A stretch of DNA of 64,000 nt, taken from the NCBI GenBank assembly GCA_002633005.1, contig NMRA01000180.1, positions 146,125 through 210,124 on the forward strand, read 5' to 3'. The notes under the pieces are model-generated. The model saw only the letters and a list, made by a program, of their open reading frames with translations. It was not told the DNA's origin and did no database searches. Position numbers and translations under genes: made by a program. Of the stretch, positions 24,401 to 38,900 are shown piece by piece. Positions within the stretch are counted from its first letter, which is position 1, and each line of letters starts with the position of its first letter. Origin of the DNA: Phoronis australis. Its lineage: Eukaryota > Animalia > Phoronida.

Positions 24401-27400
24401 CTCCAACCTTACCAACGTTTCCCACAATTACACCAAATACGGGACGTACAGCGTCAAAGTCAACATTTCCAACATTGTAAGCTTTGCATATTTTGATACA
24501 GAAGTTGTTGTTGAAGAGAAAATACAGGGTCTTTCGCACCAGGTCGCTCGAGATTACATTCAAATTGGAGACACCGTCGAACTGACAGCTTCTGTAGTGT
24601 GGGGAAGTAACGTAAACTTTACGTGGTCTTTTAACGATTCCACTGCTCCGGTTCACAAATACGTTGAGAAAGGTAATATCACTATAAACCACACATTTGA
24701 ACATTCTGGAATTTACGAAGTACGCGTTACCAGTGTTAACAAAGTTTCGCAAAACCAAAGGACGGTTCTAGTAACTGTGGAGCCTGAAATTAAAGATGTC
24801 CAAGTCTCGCACAATTCACCTCAATCTACAGACACTGATGTTGTATTTAACTTTGAATTCACTGGAACTAACTTACTGTTTCCCTTGAAGCCGCAGATAA
24901 ATTTAGTATTCGGTGACTATTTCAACGACACCATCAGCTATGAAAGTAATCCAATATCTCACCACCACAGATATACAGAATTTGGAAACTACACAGTCGG
25001 AGTAGAGATATACAATCACATTTCAACTCAAGTATTGAACTTGACCATAGTGGTGGATGAGATCATTCAAAACTTGACCCTTCACGAACCAGATTTCGTG
25101 AAAGTTGGAGAAGAGACGAAGATCCAAGCTCGAGTGTCCAGAGGTAGTCGAGTAAGTCTTCGTTGGTCATTTAGTGATGAAGAACCAGGCAATAGCACAA
25201 CGTATATTCACTCGAGGCACAATGTCAGTTCGGTCACCCACTCTTATTCAAAACCCGGGACCTATCAAACACTCGTCCTGGCAGCCAACGCTATCAGCAA
25301 TCACAGTACCTCTCGTGAAGTTGTAGTTGAACATCCCGTAACCGGATATAAAGTCTTTGGTGAAACGACCTCTCTTCTCCCAAGTGCGAGTCCACGAATT
25401 TCCACTCTCAGGCTGGATATGCTCCTAGCAAAGAGCGCCTTTGAGGCCACCAACGCACAGTACTCTATTGACTTCGATGACGGGATTACGGTAGATTCGT
25501 TAAGCCTCAGATGTAGTTTTTCTGACAGCTATGTTGAAGGTTATCGTAAATGTCAGGCGTTGTTTGTGCACAATTACACACGTTCTGGAGAGTTCACAAT
25601 CAAGTTAACTGTGAAGAACAACGTGTCACAAGAGATCTATGTGTTTAATCACACTTGCTTTGAAGAAATCAGCCACTTACGAAAGGTGGTGTTATTCAAC
25701 CATTCTCATACTTACATAAACGAACCTGGATTTGGACAAAATAGATCGCACTACCCAATGGAGAACAGCATTATTTTCATAGCCAATAAAACAACCGGAA
25801 ATTTTTTAACGTACACCTGGGGTTTTGGTGACGACAGCCCCGTTGTATCTAAACGGGACGATCCCATTTCAGTTCACAAGTATAACAAACCTGGGGTCTA
25901 TACAATAACTCTCAATTCCTCAAATCTCCTTGATTATCATATAATAAGTAAAACAATCACGATACAACGTTCGGTCCACATCAGTGGGATATCATCAGCG
26001 GAAAGCATCACGGTAAGAGGGACGAATCATTCATTTGACATACGATTGGGTGCTAGAGCCTCAAATGCGTGTTATTGGATTGATTTCGGCGATACCTCTA
26101 CCACGGGTGGCAGATATAGATGGTTTGGAGATGAAGCTGAGTGTAAGCGAGTTTGGACTTCAGCATTTGACTTTAAAAACTACGAAGACGTAGACATAAC
26201 AACTGGTGTTTTTTCTTTAGTAGCAATCCTCAATACACTTGGACAGTATGACATCGTCTTAAACGGAACAAATCTCGTCTCATCACATCAGGCGTCAATG
26301 AGATTAGGTGTAACTAAAGGTTATTGTAAGTTTCCTGTTTTGGACCTGGAAGATGTCAACCAATGCAGCAAGCCTATGTGCGATGAAAACAATTTGAAGA
26401 AAGTATACAAGTCAGAGAGTTTTGTGGTTCGCTCAACCGTGAAGGTTGTTTGTGAGAATACAACATCGCTTAAGTCGTGGACAGTTGAATTATGGTCTGA
26501 GCGCACTGCCGAGTGGACCAACATCAATAAAAACTTAAGTATTACCCTAGCTTCGAATTCCCTTACAGAGCTTTTCATTCCAAGCCGTCTGTTGCAATAC
26601 AACCTCTATAAATTTACTCTCAACTATTCCATGACGGACTTTGACGGAATTTGGAGTCAAGCTTCAGTTAAGATTCGAATCGTAAAATCGCCGTTAGTTG
26701 GCACGTTTATAGGAGGAAGTTTCTTGAAACGAGAATGGGGAAAGAATCATACGCTTGACGCCACTGCCGGTGTTGTTGACCCCGACTTGGTGGACGAGAG
26801 CAAAGATGGCATGAGTGTGTTATGGTTTTGCAAACGCACGTGCGAGTCATGGCCGCAATATTCTGAAAACATGAGCATTTTGGAAACTGGCGATTCGTCA
26901 AATTGTCTTACGAACAACCAGTCGGCAGGAGGATGTTTTATACACGACCTAAACGATGGACCAGGTAAATTAATCGGAAGTCATAAAAGTAAGAAATGCA
27001 CTGCATGCTTTGTTTCTAATTTATTCCGGAAATATAGACGCTGTGCTTTAGATAATAGGCTTTGGAAACTAGTAGAGAAAATAATAGGGCTTACTTGGCA
27101 TGATGAAGATCACATTTTGACGACAAGATTTATTTGAGGTCCCAACATTCAACCTAGCATCTTCGAATCACATTAATCGATTAAAATAGATTATCGTGTT
27201 AATTAGTCCAGCCTGCACTCGCTGACGTGTAAAAGCAGCATGCGTTACCAATGCAGCTGACACTCTTGGAAGTGCACGCTATAACTCGAGCTCGCAAGTA
27301 CAAGCGAATCTTCTCCCATACTGCGAGCTCGACAATTCCAAAATAGTCTATTCAGTCAGCAGAAAGGATCTTTCCAAGGTCGGAAAACACATTCGATTAA

Positions 27401-30400
27401 AGTGCAAATCGAAACCAACCTTACAACAATAAGATAGACTAGTTTATACTTGGTGATTTTGTCCTCGAAAATCACTGGAGGTGGATGAATTGGGACTTTG
27501 AGTAATAAGCAAATAGACCAAGATGTGTTCCCTATTCTGTGTTTCAGGAGTCTTGAGCTCGCTAAGATCGGAACCATGGACAATCAGCAAAGACTACATT
27601 CTAAACTTACCTACATATTTGATGTTAGAAAACGAAACGTACAACTTAAGAGCAGTTGTCAAGAAGGACACACGCTCAATTGACTTTAACATCACCTTGT
27701 TGGTAACAAACGGAGCTCCGCCGCAGATTAAAATTGAGTAAGTCTTGAACCTAAAACGACCAGTTGTATTTCGTACGAGACCCTAAGCTCTTGAATTACT
27801 CCGTTTTTTTCAGATTATACATTTTGCAGTTACCGGCTTTAGTTTTAGTTCATTTTTGATCAACTGTGTGCACAATGGAAATGGATCATAAAAGGTATTC
27901 TTGTGAAAAGAATTGTATTTTACAATCGAGATCCTTTATGTCGACGTAATTGCACAAAAGCACGCAGTATGTATAATTGCATTTACAGGTGTTTCACAAA
28001 CTGTCTCAACAATAAACTCAATCCAGTAAACAGATTGGCTCTCAGATCAGCATTGGACAACGAAATTTTCGGTGTGAGGTATGAATACAGGTAAGACATT
28101 TTGAATGTAATGTCAGCAAACGGATAGAACTCTTTAATGCCTCTAAGTAACAACGTATCATAAAGCCACTTGTTGCCTTGCTCAACGTGACTATTCGCAA
28201 TAAGCTGAAAAGTATTACATGTATACTGGTTCCTGTTTAAATTCCCATTAGATATACTAGAAGATAATGGGCGGAGATGTGGGATGAAGGTCAGAACTGA
28301 TACCAAGACATTTTTTGAAAACTTGGTGTGCGTGGCGCAACTTTATTCACTCAAAAATATGTGTCCTTACTGTACGAAGTAGTGGCCTACACAACGGGGG
28401 GTAGCCAATTATCTCCCACTAATCAACGGGAGTTGAAGAGTTTAATAGGCTGCAAATTTGCCAGTATGTTGTCGAGCTTGCCAAAAAAATTTGAGCGATG
28501 CGGTGACTTTCACTGGCGTGATCGTGCCTAACTCTCAAGTGAAACTGGTTGCAGCCTTGCAGGAAAAAACCCAGATACAGTACTTCGTTATATTATTTTC
28601 CTCTTGTTTTGTCCCTGAGCACGTGGTCATTGGCATTTCAAAGACCTGTTTCCTCGCGAGTTATGCCAGTTAATGAGCGAGTTTCGAGTTTCCATGATGG
28701 ATGCATCCGCACTAAGAAGAGCGTTTCGTTTCTCGCGAGAAAAGCAAGATCTCTCAAGACTTCGCAAAGTCACACAAGTGGAAAGCGAGTGTTTAGCGAT
28801 ACTCTTGAGCTTACCAGGCGGTCTTGGCAAAATGGCGGCGGATTTTTACATTCTGTTCGGCGATTAATACCAAAGTTATGTCATCAGTTCACGTGTAATC
28901 AGGCGTTGCTTAAAAACAAGGCGTTTGGAGTGAGTATTCATGAAATAAGCTTCCCTGGTCATCCGGTGCCATGGTGATCAGTGATAGAGGTAATTCGTGG
29001 TTTTAATTGTATTAAGGCTTTACGTGCTGTGATTTAAAGATTTCTTTTTTTTCTTTGTTTCGATAGCTAACTGTCAGTACTAGTAGTGACTCTGTTGTTG
29101 ACTTCGAGAAAATGTGCATGACCTTGCAAATTAATGGTCCTTCACTGACGTTAGCAGTTTTAAATGCTGGAAATGACAACGAATGTGTAGCAATCCGAAA
29201 CACTTTGGATGTTATATAGCCACATTTTTGTACAGTCTAGTCGATATTTTTTTGTAAAATACCGGTTTTAGCGGGTGTTTTTCTCCCGTCCGCTTACGTG
29301 AAAAACGCACGTGAATTTTTTGTTTGGTACTCCACCTAACTACTGTTACATAAATAGTCAAGGTAGTGTACGAAACCATGGCTTGTGTGACTCTTAAAGC
29401 TACATTTTGTCGTTTATCTGGCTAAAAATCAAACATGGAATTGGGCCTTCTACTGTCCTAAAATCGGTCACATATTCCTTATCGTGATAGTTTTCTATTT
29501 CTGTATCCAACAAGGATATTGAAATCATCAGTTACTCAAGAACGTGAGTCGAGCTTTATTGGGGTTGGCCATCCCTGAAATATCATGACAAATTCGAAGA
29601 AAATGGCACAAATACGCATTGCCTGTGCCGTGCGTTAGTAACGGAAAAGAAATATTTTCGTGTTAAAGAATGCTTTCAGATGAGAGTACAAAGCCTAATT
29701 CGATTTTGTGTTAGCGTGAAAAACAGGGCGAAATGTAACTATGACACAAACACTACGTCAAGTAATCCGTCCAATAAAACATTTGGGAAATCTGTATGCG
29801 ATCAACCTTGCACCCGTGAGAAAACATAAAAAACACACGCAAAGTCCTGATTTATAGGAGGCAACTGCCTGAGGTTTCCTTCTTGAACCACCCAGAGGTA
29901 TCACGTAAGTTATTGAAACTGACGTCTACTACTATGCTCAGGTAAGACACACTTGTTGTTTTAGATGGGACATTTTGGACGTTCCCTCAAACGGTTTCGA
30001 TTACACCAATCCAACCAGATACAAATGGGATCATTCAAAGTGGAACCAGAAAGCCAGCACTGGAGTAGAGTCCCGCGATTTTGCTCTGGACGAGGGAGTG
30101 TTTACTAAAGACACATACAGGAAGTCGTTCAAAATCAGAGCCGTTAGCTATCGCCCCACGAGCCCGGACTTATATGGTATCACTATCAAACATAAAAAAT
30201 GACTAAAAATTCGTATTTTTGGAGTTGTGTTAGATGATCATTACTTGGGCTTCGGTCTCGACTGAACTAACTTCCATTTATGATTATTTAACTAAAATGA
30301 AGCAGAAAAAGAGCGGATGCTTAGTGGTGAGGTCATTGTTGTTGAAATATTGGTCCTAGCCAGGCTTCAATCTCATGCCTCCGGCTTGAAAGTCTCGGCG

Positions 30401-33400
30401 TCCACTCGATCACGTGACTATTTTGTTTGCCTAATTTTATAAACTAGAGGCTCAATCTTTCCCGAAGTTTACTGAAGGTTACCGAAGGGGATAGGACGTA
30501 GACACGGAATGATGTGCTTCATCAACAAAATCCTCCGCTGATCGTGATTTTTAGTTAAAATATGTTTTTACAGCAATCAAAAATCAAAATGGCGTACACC
30601 TTCTCGAAACAGTATTTCTATACATATATATATGTATGTTTGTATGTAGGCTATGTACGCATGCATGCATGTATGTGTATGTATTAGCTGTACATTTTGT
30701 TGTTTACGGTGCCAGTAACATTTATTGCAGATAATATTATAGTCTGATTCATGGGAACGATTAGGAAACTAATGTGACTGATGACAAGGGTGTGCAATGG
30801 ATATGCATGTTTGTAATGGATGCAACATTGAGAACAAGATTTCCTCGTTCACGGGTTTTTTGCGAACCCTAAAAGCAACTACAATTCACTAATTTATCAG
30901 TAAGCAACATTCTAGTAAACATCAGGCGTACGCAGTTAACTGACACTGGCAAAATGTCCGTTTCAGGCGAATCATACTATGAATTCGTGGTAAACGATCC
31001 TCCTAAGACAGAAAATGTAAGTTGCACAGTGACGCCGCCAAACGGAACAGCGTTGAACACAACCTTCATGGTTGAGTGCACAGGATTTGAAGACGTCGAC
31101 GTTCCAATAAAGTATTCATTCATTCAAAAAACACAACGAAACCAAGTCAATGGCGATGTGATTGACAAAAGTGAGTATTTCTTACAGTCAGCTATTAACA
31201 AGCAAATCCAGCATCTTTGTAATTCGTTCTTAGTTAAAGTCACGAAAACACGCATCATGAAACATAAATGGACGATGAGCCGTGCAACTTTCGAAATATC
31301 GTGATCGTTTTATTGCTATTCATTAGCGTGTGTACATGGCTTTGCACTGTTGTGACCATGGTTAAAACATTAACAAAAACATGAAAAAGCAACATCTAAA
31401 TCGGTTGTCTGCTTAACTAGACAGGGGACACAAGGTTTCGAGAAACGCAAAAGACAGAGATCGGATTTTGCCTACTTGTAAGTAGATTTCTGTCTTTTGA
31501 CCTGAGCTTCGATAAACAGGCCGAAGATGTGCCCGTAAGTATTTGTCTCTGGGTGGTTTGTCTGTTTCCGAATATAAAGCAGAAGATCTTCAATTTGATA
31601 TTATTTGAGGTAATTAGATTTTTAAGACGTTGTAGATAATCAACAGTTTACATTGATTACAGCCATAGATGTTCATTTTGACAAAATACGATTTTAAGCT
31701 TACTTTCTGATTTGGGGTCAGAATTTCATGACATTAGTCCGAGGCAGATTGGTCGATTTTGTTCTGAATCAAGCCCAAAAAGTTTCATAAACCGGGATGA
31801 TCACTTTGAATTCATGTTGGACTTGGAAAATGATTTTTAGTGCAGTTTCATCGCCTCACAGGTGGCTTCAGCCGAGACTTAAATATGCCACCCTATCTTG
31901 TTTGTAGACAGCAAACCAAGGTTCACCAAAACAGTTAAGCTTCCACCTGGTCTTGAAAGTGAGAACAATGTTGTTTACATTGTGGTCAAGGCAACAGATA
32001 GCATCGGCACTTCGTCCGAATACGTTGTGGAGATCCCAGTGAGTATATTATTGCTGCTATTGTTTAAAGCTGCTTTAAACTCCCCTACATCCGCCAAAGA
32101 ATGTACAATAATCGACAAAATACTGTTTCCCTGTCACGACGCTCATCTGTAACTTTGATTTAGACCACTTTTCGATGTGAACATTCTCGTATCTTGTTCC
32201 TTACACTGATGGAAATGACTTCTGGACATTACAAAAACTCGTGATAACCATGAAATTAACATTATTGAGCAACGGGGTAACACAACAACCGTATCTGACT
32301 GTTAGGTAAAAATGAACAACAATACATTTTAGAATTTTCTTTTTACATTGATACCACATCTTAATTTCTTTCTGAACAGACTATGTGTTACTTGGTGATT
32401 GTGTTTATAAATGGACATGGAATAGTGTCTCTCTAGTGATCATTACGCGTTGAAACCATCATATCCTGAAAGAAGATGGTTAACAATAGCGTGATTTCCC
32501 GAAAGACCGGGTTTCAAAGATTGCACAGAGCTAAATCTCGATTCATATGTGAAGCTCTTTTGCTCCCCAAACGAGAACTTCAGCTCTGGGGGCTAGATTG
32601 GCAGTCTGAAAGTCCGCTAGTCCGAAGGTCTGACATCACAGTCAGGTATTTATAGGTACGTGCAAAGGTTAACAATCCCCAAGGTCCAGTAGTCCGGAGG
32701 TCAAGGTGAGTCTAGGTTCATAAGTCAGAAATGTAAAGCTACAATTCGTCCTATTTAGCTGACGAAAAGCCAAATGGGCCTTTCACTCTCGTGAAATTGG
32801 TCTCAATATGCACCTGTATTCATTAACCTGACAGGACCCCTATTTCCGTTACCAACAAGAAGATCAAAATCATCAGTAATTCAAGAAAAGGCTTGAACGT
32901 TTATTTGAATTGGCTAACCCTAAAATTGCGGCGAATTTGAAAATGCTGCATGTCCACGTTGCCCGTTACTAAGTTGAGTTGGTAACGAGAACTTTAAGAG
33001 ATGTTATGAGAGTAAAAATCCTAACTCCATTTTCGTTTTTAAACAAGGTGAAATGTAGCATTAAGTCGTCTTTTGGGTTGAACATTTGGACTTTCGGAGT
33101 TGTGCACATTCGTCCTAGTGAACATGCCGGCACATTACGGATTAAGAAACACCTTTACATTTTATCGAAATTTTGAACCTGGTGTCTTTTTCAGACGTGT
33201 AAACCTTTGGAGTTATGAATCTTTTTAAAAAAGCTATATTCGTGAGTTTCCATATCACTGCCAACAACTGATTGGCGTGCTTGTTTTTTTCGCCCTCAGT
33301 TACCTGATTTGTGCATCTAGCTTTCACTAAACTAAGACCGAGGGTGGTGTGTGTTCCATAGTCCAGAGACACTCGCAAAGTCTTTGCGGTGAGAAACCTT

Positions 33401-35832
33401 TCCTTGTGAAGGCTCACAATTCAACATTAAAAGTCACTAATCACTTCAGTGGTCGCCACTTTGTTACATGTTTGTTACTTTTGCAAGGTCTCAAGCATAT
33501 TCGCGAAATTGTCGTGTGGATTTGTGTGGTCTTTTGTGATTTTGATTCTTTTGCAAATTTCTCGCGTCTACGGAACGCATAATTAGAAGACTTGAGTTCG
33601 TAAGCAAAACAACACAGACGAATTTAATGTCACATGGTGCGTTGCTGCGATGAGGGAATCATAAGTTATGCTTGCGAGTTATCGTAGGAAGCTTAAACGT
33701 AATAAAACAAAACTATGTATTAATCCATTTTGGTGAAACATATACAGTAAACGTCTATCATTCATGCATACCACAGGTTTTCCGCCAAAAAATATCAACG
33801 GCTGAATTATCGAGTTCGTTGGCCAACATAGAATCTTCGGGGACTGCTCAGGAAAAAGGTCAACTGGTCATTGCCATGGCAACAATGATCAACGATGAGG
33901 GGACCTCTGCGCAAAGTTCCGGTATTGAAAGTAACAAGGGTAGTTCGAACCCGGTGGACACTGGCACTGGTTCAAGTTCAGATAAGGAAACTGAGCCAAC
34001 GGCAGAGGAAACTCAGAAGGAAAAGGAAAAGAACAAGCAGGTCAGTTAATTGCACCCGAGGGCATACAGTTTACTAGGTCCTTGAAAAGCTTTAAGCGGT
34101 TGTTAGTAAACGAAACTGTGCTAATATTGGACCCGGAATCTAAATGCCCAGTTGTGGTTTTGTCAAGACCAGCGCCATCGGAGAGAAGTTGGTATTGCGC
34201 AGTAATAGGCCTGTACAGACCAGACTCAGGAATGACAGAGAAGTAAATGGAAATTCAGTACCGTGTGCCTCCTAGATCCAGGTAATAAACCCTGGCACAA
34301 TTTGGTTTTACGTTTGCAGACAACATAACTAAAACTTCGAATATGATATCCTTGTAGCTTCGTTTGAAAATGATGGATGTCATCGCAAGCGTAGAAGTCA
34401 ATGACCCCGAGACGTCAAACCAGCTTCTCGGTGCTGCTGTGTCGGTCACGGCAAAGCCCGATGAAGTCTCGGAAGAAACGCAGGTAAGAGTCATCGAAAA
34501 CTTAAAGGATAGTTCCAGCCCAGATTTTATCGCCTCTTGATGATATGCTCCCGTGGTGTATGTGAGACACTTTCTAATTTTGTCCCTGGTTTAAATGGAT
34601 CCAGTACCCCGTACTCTGTCGTGTTTGAATTGTGCAATCTAGTTCATTTGATAAACGCAAACTTGTGTTGGCATTTCACCCTTTGCTGACCAACGCACTG
34701 AGCTTGGTATACTCTGTCTCCCAGTGTTCAAACAGTGGTGAATTCGGAATTAAGTTGGTGTGGCAAGGAAAGCAAGAAACTTTCCAAAAGAAATGCATGC
34801 ATGTTTTAAAGTAAATCTCCTGGGTCCCTTATGGCGTGGGTCCCTATGTTCTCCATCCAATCCGATTTTAAAAAGAGTAGTCTTTATACATTAGCACTAC
34901 TTAGTGAATATCGTGTCGATTGTTGCTTCAAATGCACTTGCCAGCTCAAAATTAATGTACATGTCCAAAGCATCTGCAGACGGGTTTCTGATCGTCCTAC
35001 CTTGGGACTCAACACGACGAGCTGCTACCGTTTGGTAGTAAATGCCAGACAGGTACGTGCTGGATGCGGAACTACCTGAAGCCCGCCATTTTAACGCTGG
35101 GCACAGTTACCACTTTATCACCACGTAGATTGTAGACGTGCACCTCTCAGACACTATTAAATAAGTATAGACCACGTTGGATAACATTTTTCAAACATCA
35201 CAAATTCCATTATTATCATAGGTGTCAGCATAACAAAACCAAAGACACCACCTTAATTTGCTTTAGCTTTCAAAAATGGACTCCTGGTGTCAAACGTTTG
35301 CCGTGGTGGAAAGAGTGACTTGTATTACATCTACGCATTTGACGAGAATCTAATCGTGCAATTTACACACCTACAGATTTCCTCAACGTCTAGAAGTGTT
35401 TGCATCTTCTTGATATCAATTGTTTTTCAACTGATGACTACGTATACGTTTACATATGGCGTAGGACAAAGCTACAGAGATCGCCTCTAGCGCTTCAAAC
35501 CAAATGAAAAATATGGCTGACGACCCAAGCGTTAGTGCTGAAGCTTTGGAGGAACTTGCTGATAACGCCGTCAAACTGTTAAGTATGTTCATAAACATTT
35601 ATTTCATTTATTAAGTGAGTTTCTTTTCCGCGTGTTAGTCCTTACATTCACAATGTCCGATGTGCTGTTTGTTCCATGGTTTATACGCTGGTTGCCAAAC
35701 GGTTGCTACGGTCTGAGAGTCAACTACCTTCTGCTTTAAGCCGAATATTTACGCCATCAAGTCAAGTCCATTCAGAATGTGTGGTGAAGAAATATTATTA
35801 AATTATGTAATTGAGAGACAGCCAGAGATTGA

Positions 35833-35927
<95 letters not shown>

Positions 35928-38900
35928 TACTTTGCACAATCTGATTTTCACCACCCAAGGTATAGACCGGTAGCGGCTGGTTACCAGTGATAATTATTAC
36001 TGTTATATGCCCCACATGGAAAGCATCGCAGATGGCCAGCGGCGACAGAGAATCTCTTAACATTCGAACATACATAACATTTTATGACATGGCAGTTTTA
36101 TAATATATTTTTAAGTAGAGAGAAAAACCCAATCGCATTCTGGAAAATTGCAGTGGTTCAAAAGCTATGACAAATGGTTAATATATAATCTGTTTTGCCT
36201 TGATGTTTTCCCGTTGGAGTCAGAGTATATGATGGTCAGTAGTTTGTATTATTAGTAATGTAACCGGAAATTGTGATGATGTTGTTCTGTGCATGTTTTC
36301 TCAAAGTGGCCGATATTCTTGGATGAATGCTATGTTGTGAAAGTATCTAGGGAGCATTTTGTTTAAATATTTGTAGTAAAACTTTAAGTAAGTATGATAA
36401 TGGAGAACATTACACGTGCTTCGCTTATTATACATGGCGATAACTCACTTATTTTTGCGTGATCTTCGTGCACCCACTTCTGAAAGAATTACGCCATCGT
36501 CAAGCAAATCCATATGTGTGTAAATTTGTAACCAAATGTGCTTTCCACAGGTAATGTTCTTCAAGCGTCCGTTGAAACAGTAATGTCGTCTACCGATTCA
36601 TCTGCTCAATCGTCTGGTCAGTCTCCGCCAGGTGGAAGCAGTAGTGCCAGTAGCACCTCCGCCACTGAAAGTGGCAGCAATGATCAGGTGAAATATGGAG
36701 ATGACACTCTCTCCGAGTTAATGTATTTTTGTTTCTCTTATTTTTATGTTTTCACAAATCGTAGTAGTACTCGTCGTCGTGGTCGTAGTAGTTGTTGTAG
36801 TAGTAGTACTACACTTCATATTAAAACAGAACCAAAACTGATTAAAAATACAAAATTTATGGAGACTCCAGAAGTACCCAAAGGATTTGCTGATCAGGAA
36901 TGCGCCAGTAAAACACGATGTGTTTCAAGAAAATAAAGGAAAATCAATTCAATTCAAAAAGGTGGTAATGCACATTACGCCAAAAGAAACCAAACAGTTA
37001 CGAAAAACAGTTACATATGAAGTAATTGGGAATAGTGTACTCAGAATCATTAAAAACATAAATTCTTAAAATAATCAATAACAGCAGCTAATAAATGGGT
37101 AAAAAGTCTGTGAAAGACTTGTGGGATGGTTATCAATAATGTTAGGCAAAGTATTGCGAACTGCATACGATATGCCTTTAAAGATAAAGCGATTTGTCAG
37201 GCTTTCCTTCCCAAAACTAGCTTCAAATTAGATCTATTTTGCGTCACAGATCAATGATTACCTTGAAGAGTCGAACAGGCTGGTCAAATCACGTGATGAA
37301 TATGTGTAATAGTATATACATGTATGTAAACTGTTAATAATTCCAGGTAAGCGGCAGCAGTAACGGGCAGAAACCTGCTCAAGATTCACAAACTGTGGCA
37401 AGGGCGAAAGCACGGCTGAAAAATACTCAGAATCTTCTCGATCAAATCACAGATTTCACACTGAAGAAAAAGGTGATCGGGGAATCTGCTTCTACTATGG
37501 GAAGCGGAGCTCTAGTTCTGTCTGTTAGGAAGCAATACACGGAAAAATTAAACAACGGTAAGTGTGCTGAATGGTTTTGACGTGTTCTCAAAATGTTCAC
37601 CATAGTTTGAAAGTATGACGCGTCAATTCAGGTGGCCAAATCGAGCCTACACTGTAGTAGTTGTTTTTTAAACATTGCAGAGAAATTCAATCATAAAAAT
37701 GCTAATATTTTAATTATGCAGCATGACGAAATGTTTCGGAGATTTTACAACCGGGTCAAGATCTCTTGACAACAGTTGTCTGCTTTGTGCTCAACGTCTT
37801 CTTGAATTAAGCCCAGTGATGCGAGATGTTAGGGAAATCATAATTAAGTTACATCTACTCAACGTCCTTATTACAATAATGTAAAGCACAATTAAAACTG
37901 GAGACAGAGTTCTTTCGTTTACAGTGATGGTGTCCGCCAACAGTAAGGATGACGACAGCTCCTTTAAACTGTCAGATTCGATTGCCATGTTTGGTCAGAG
38001 TAACGATACCCAGCGATACATGTCAACAGTTGTGAGTATGTAAGGCACTATAAGTCCAAGTTTCCATAAGAACACATTATGGTGTCCATCCGACGTCCCA
38101 TGTGAACGTGATAATGTGTCAATCCGACGTACCAGCTCTTATAGATACACGGTCTTTTTTGTTTCACTTTATGCCCGACTTGATGCAACACGGATTGCCG
38201 CTTTGAGCAACATTCTTTTTTGTTTGACACATATCCCAACCGATACAAACCATCACATAGGCCCGTTTTTGCGGACGGAATGGAGGCCAGCTTCCCGTTC
38301 AGTAACGCTAGGACTGACTAAAAAGCAAGAATTCGCGAAATAACGTGAGATGTTGCCGTGTAATTTGAATGAGAACACGTGACTTTGGCTAGATTTTAGC
38401 TAGGTCATAGCGTTACTGAACCAGGTGTTGGCGTTAAGGGCCATTGCTAGGACAATAATATTAAGAGCATTGGTGTCTGGGAGGAATCACACGTTAGGTT
38501 TCAGTTGCAATTATTGTTTCAGGTACAGTACGCAACTGTTATTCCTCTAGAGTACATAAATGCGAGTGATATATGATCCTATCTAATCACAGTTTTTCAG
38601 TCGACTTTGCAAGTTAAAACGATATCAAGCCCGTGTTTCGTTGAAGAAACCACCTTTTGACTTAAGCCACTTACAAATGCGAAATCGGTCTCAACTCGTT
38701 TCCAGGCAAGAAGCGATTTTTGGTCTTGCATAGAACTGGCATTTTGTTACTGCCCAAGATCATTACTGACAAATAAATTGACACGCCGTGTCAAATCAAC
38801 TTACATAGCCTTATTTCAAGCAATAACAAGCTGTCAGCTCTTTCGAAGCTAATTTGACTGAGGAACAATTTGAGGCCAATTTCACAACGATATGTACTCT

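Noticed and set aside
23526-27137. 1203-aa ORF as a stand-alone gene
   Set aside because: It is an internal exon: the first 7 and last ~57 codons lie beyond clear splice sites, and the protein continues in flanking exons.
28328-29203. Cluster of overlapping short ORFs in intron 12
   Set aside because: No coherent protein motif; probably decayed repeat sequence, but I could not define termini.
34502-35080. Second TTAA-AGG (Kolobok-like) element
   Set aside because: The left end TTAAAGGATAGTTCC has only a weak partial inverted match near 35068; not supportable.
35772-36075. SLSLSL-rich ORFs
   Set aside because: Translation of a (GA)n microsatellite.
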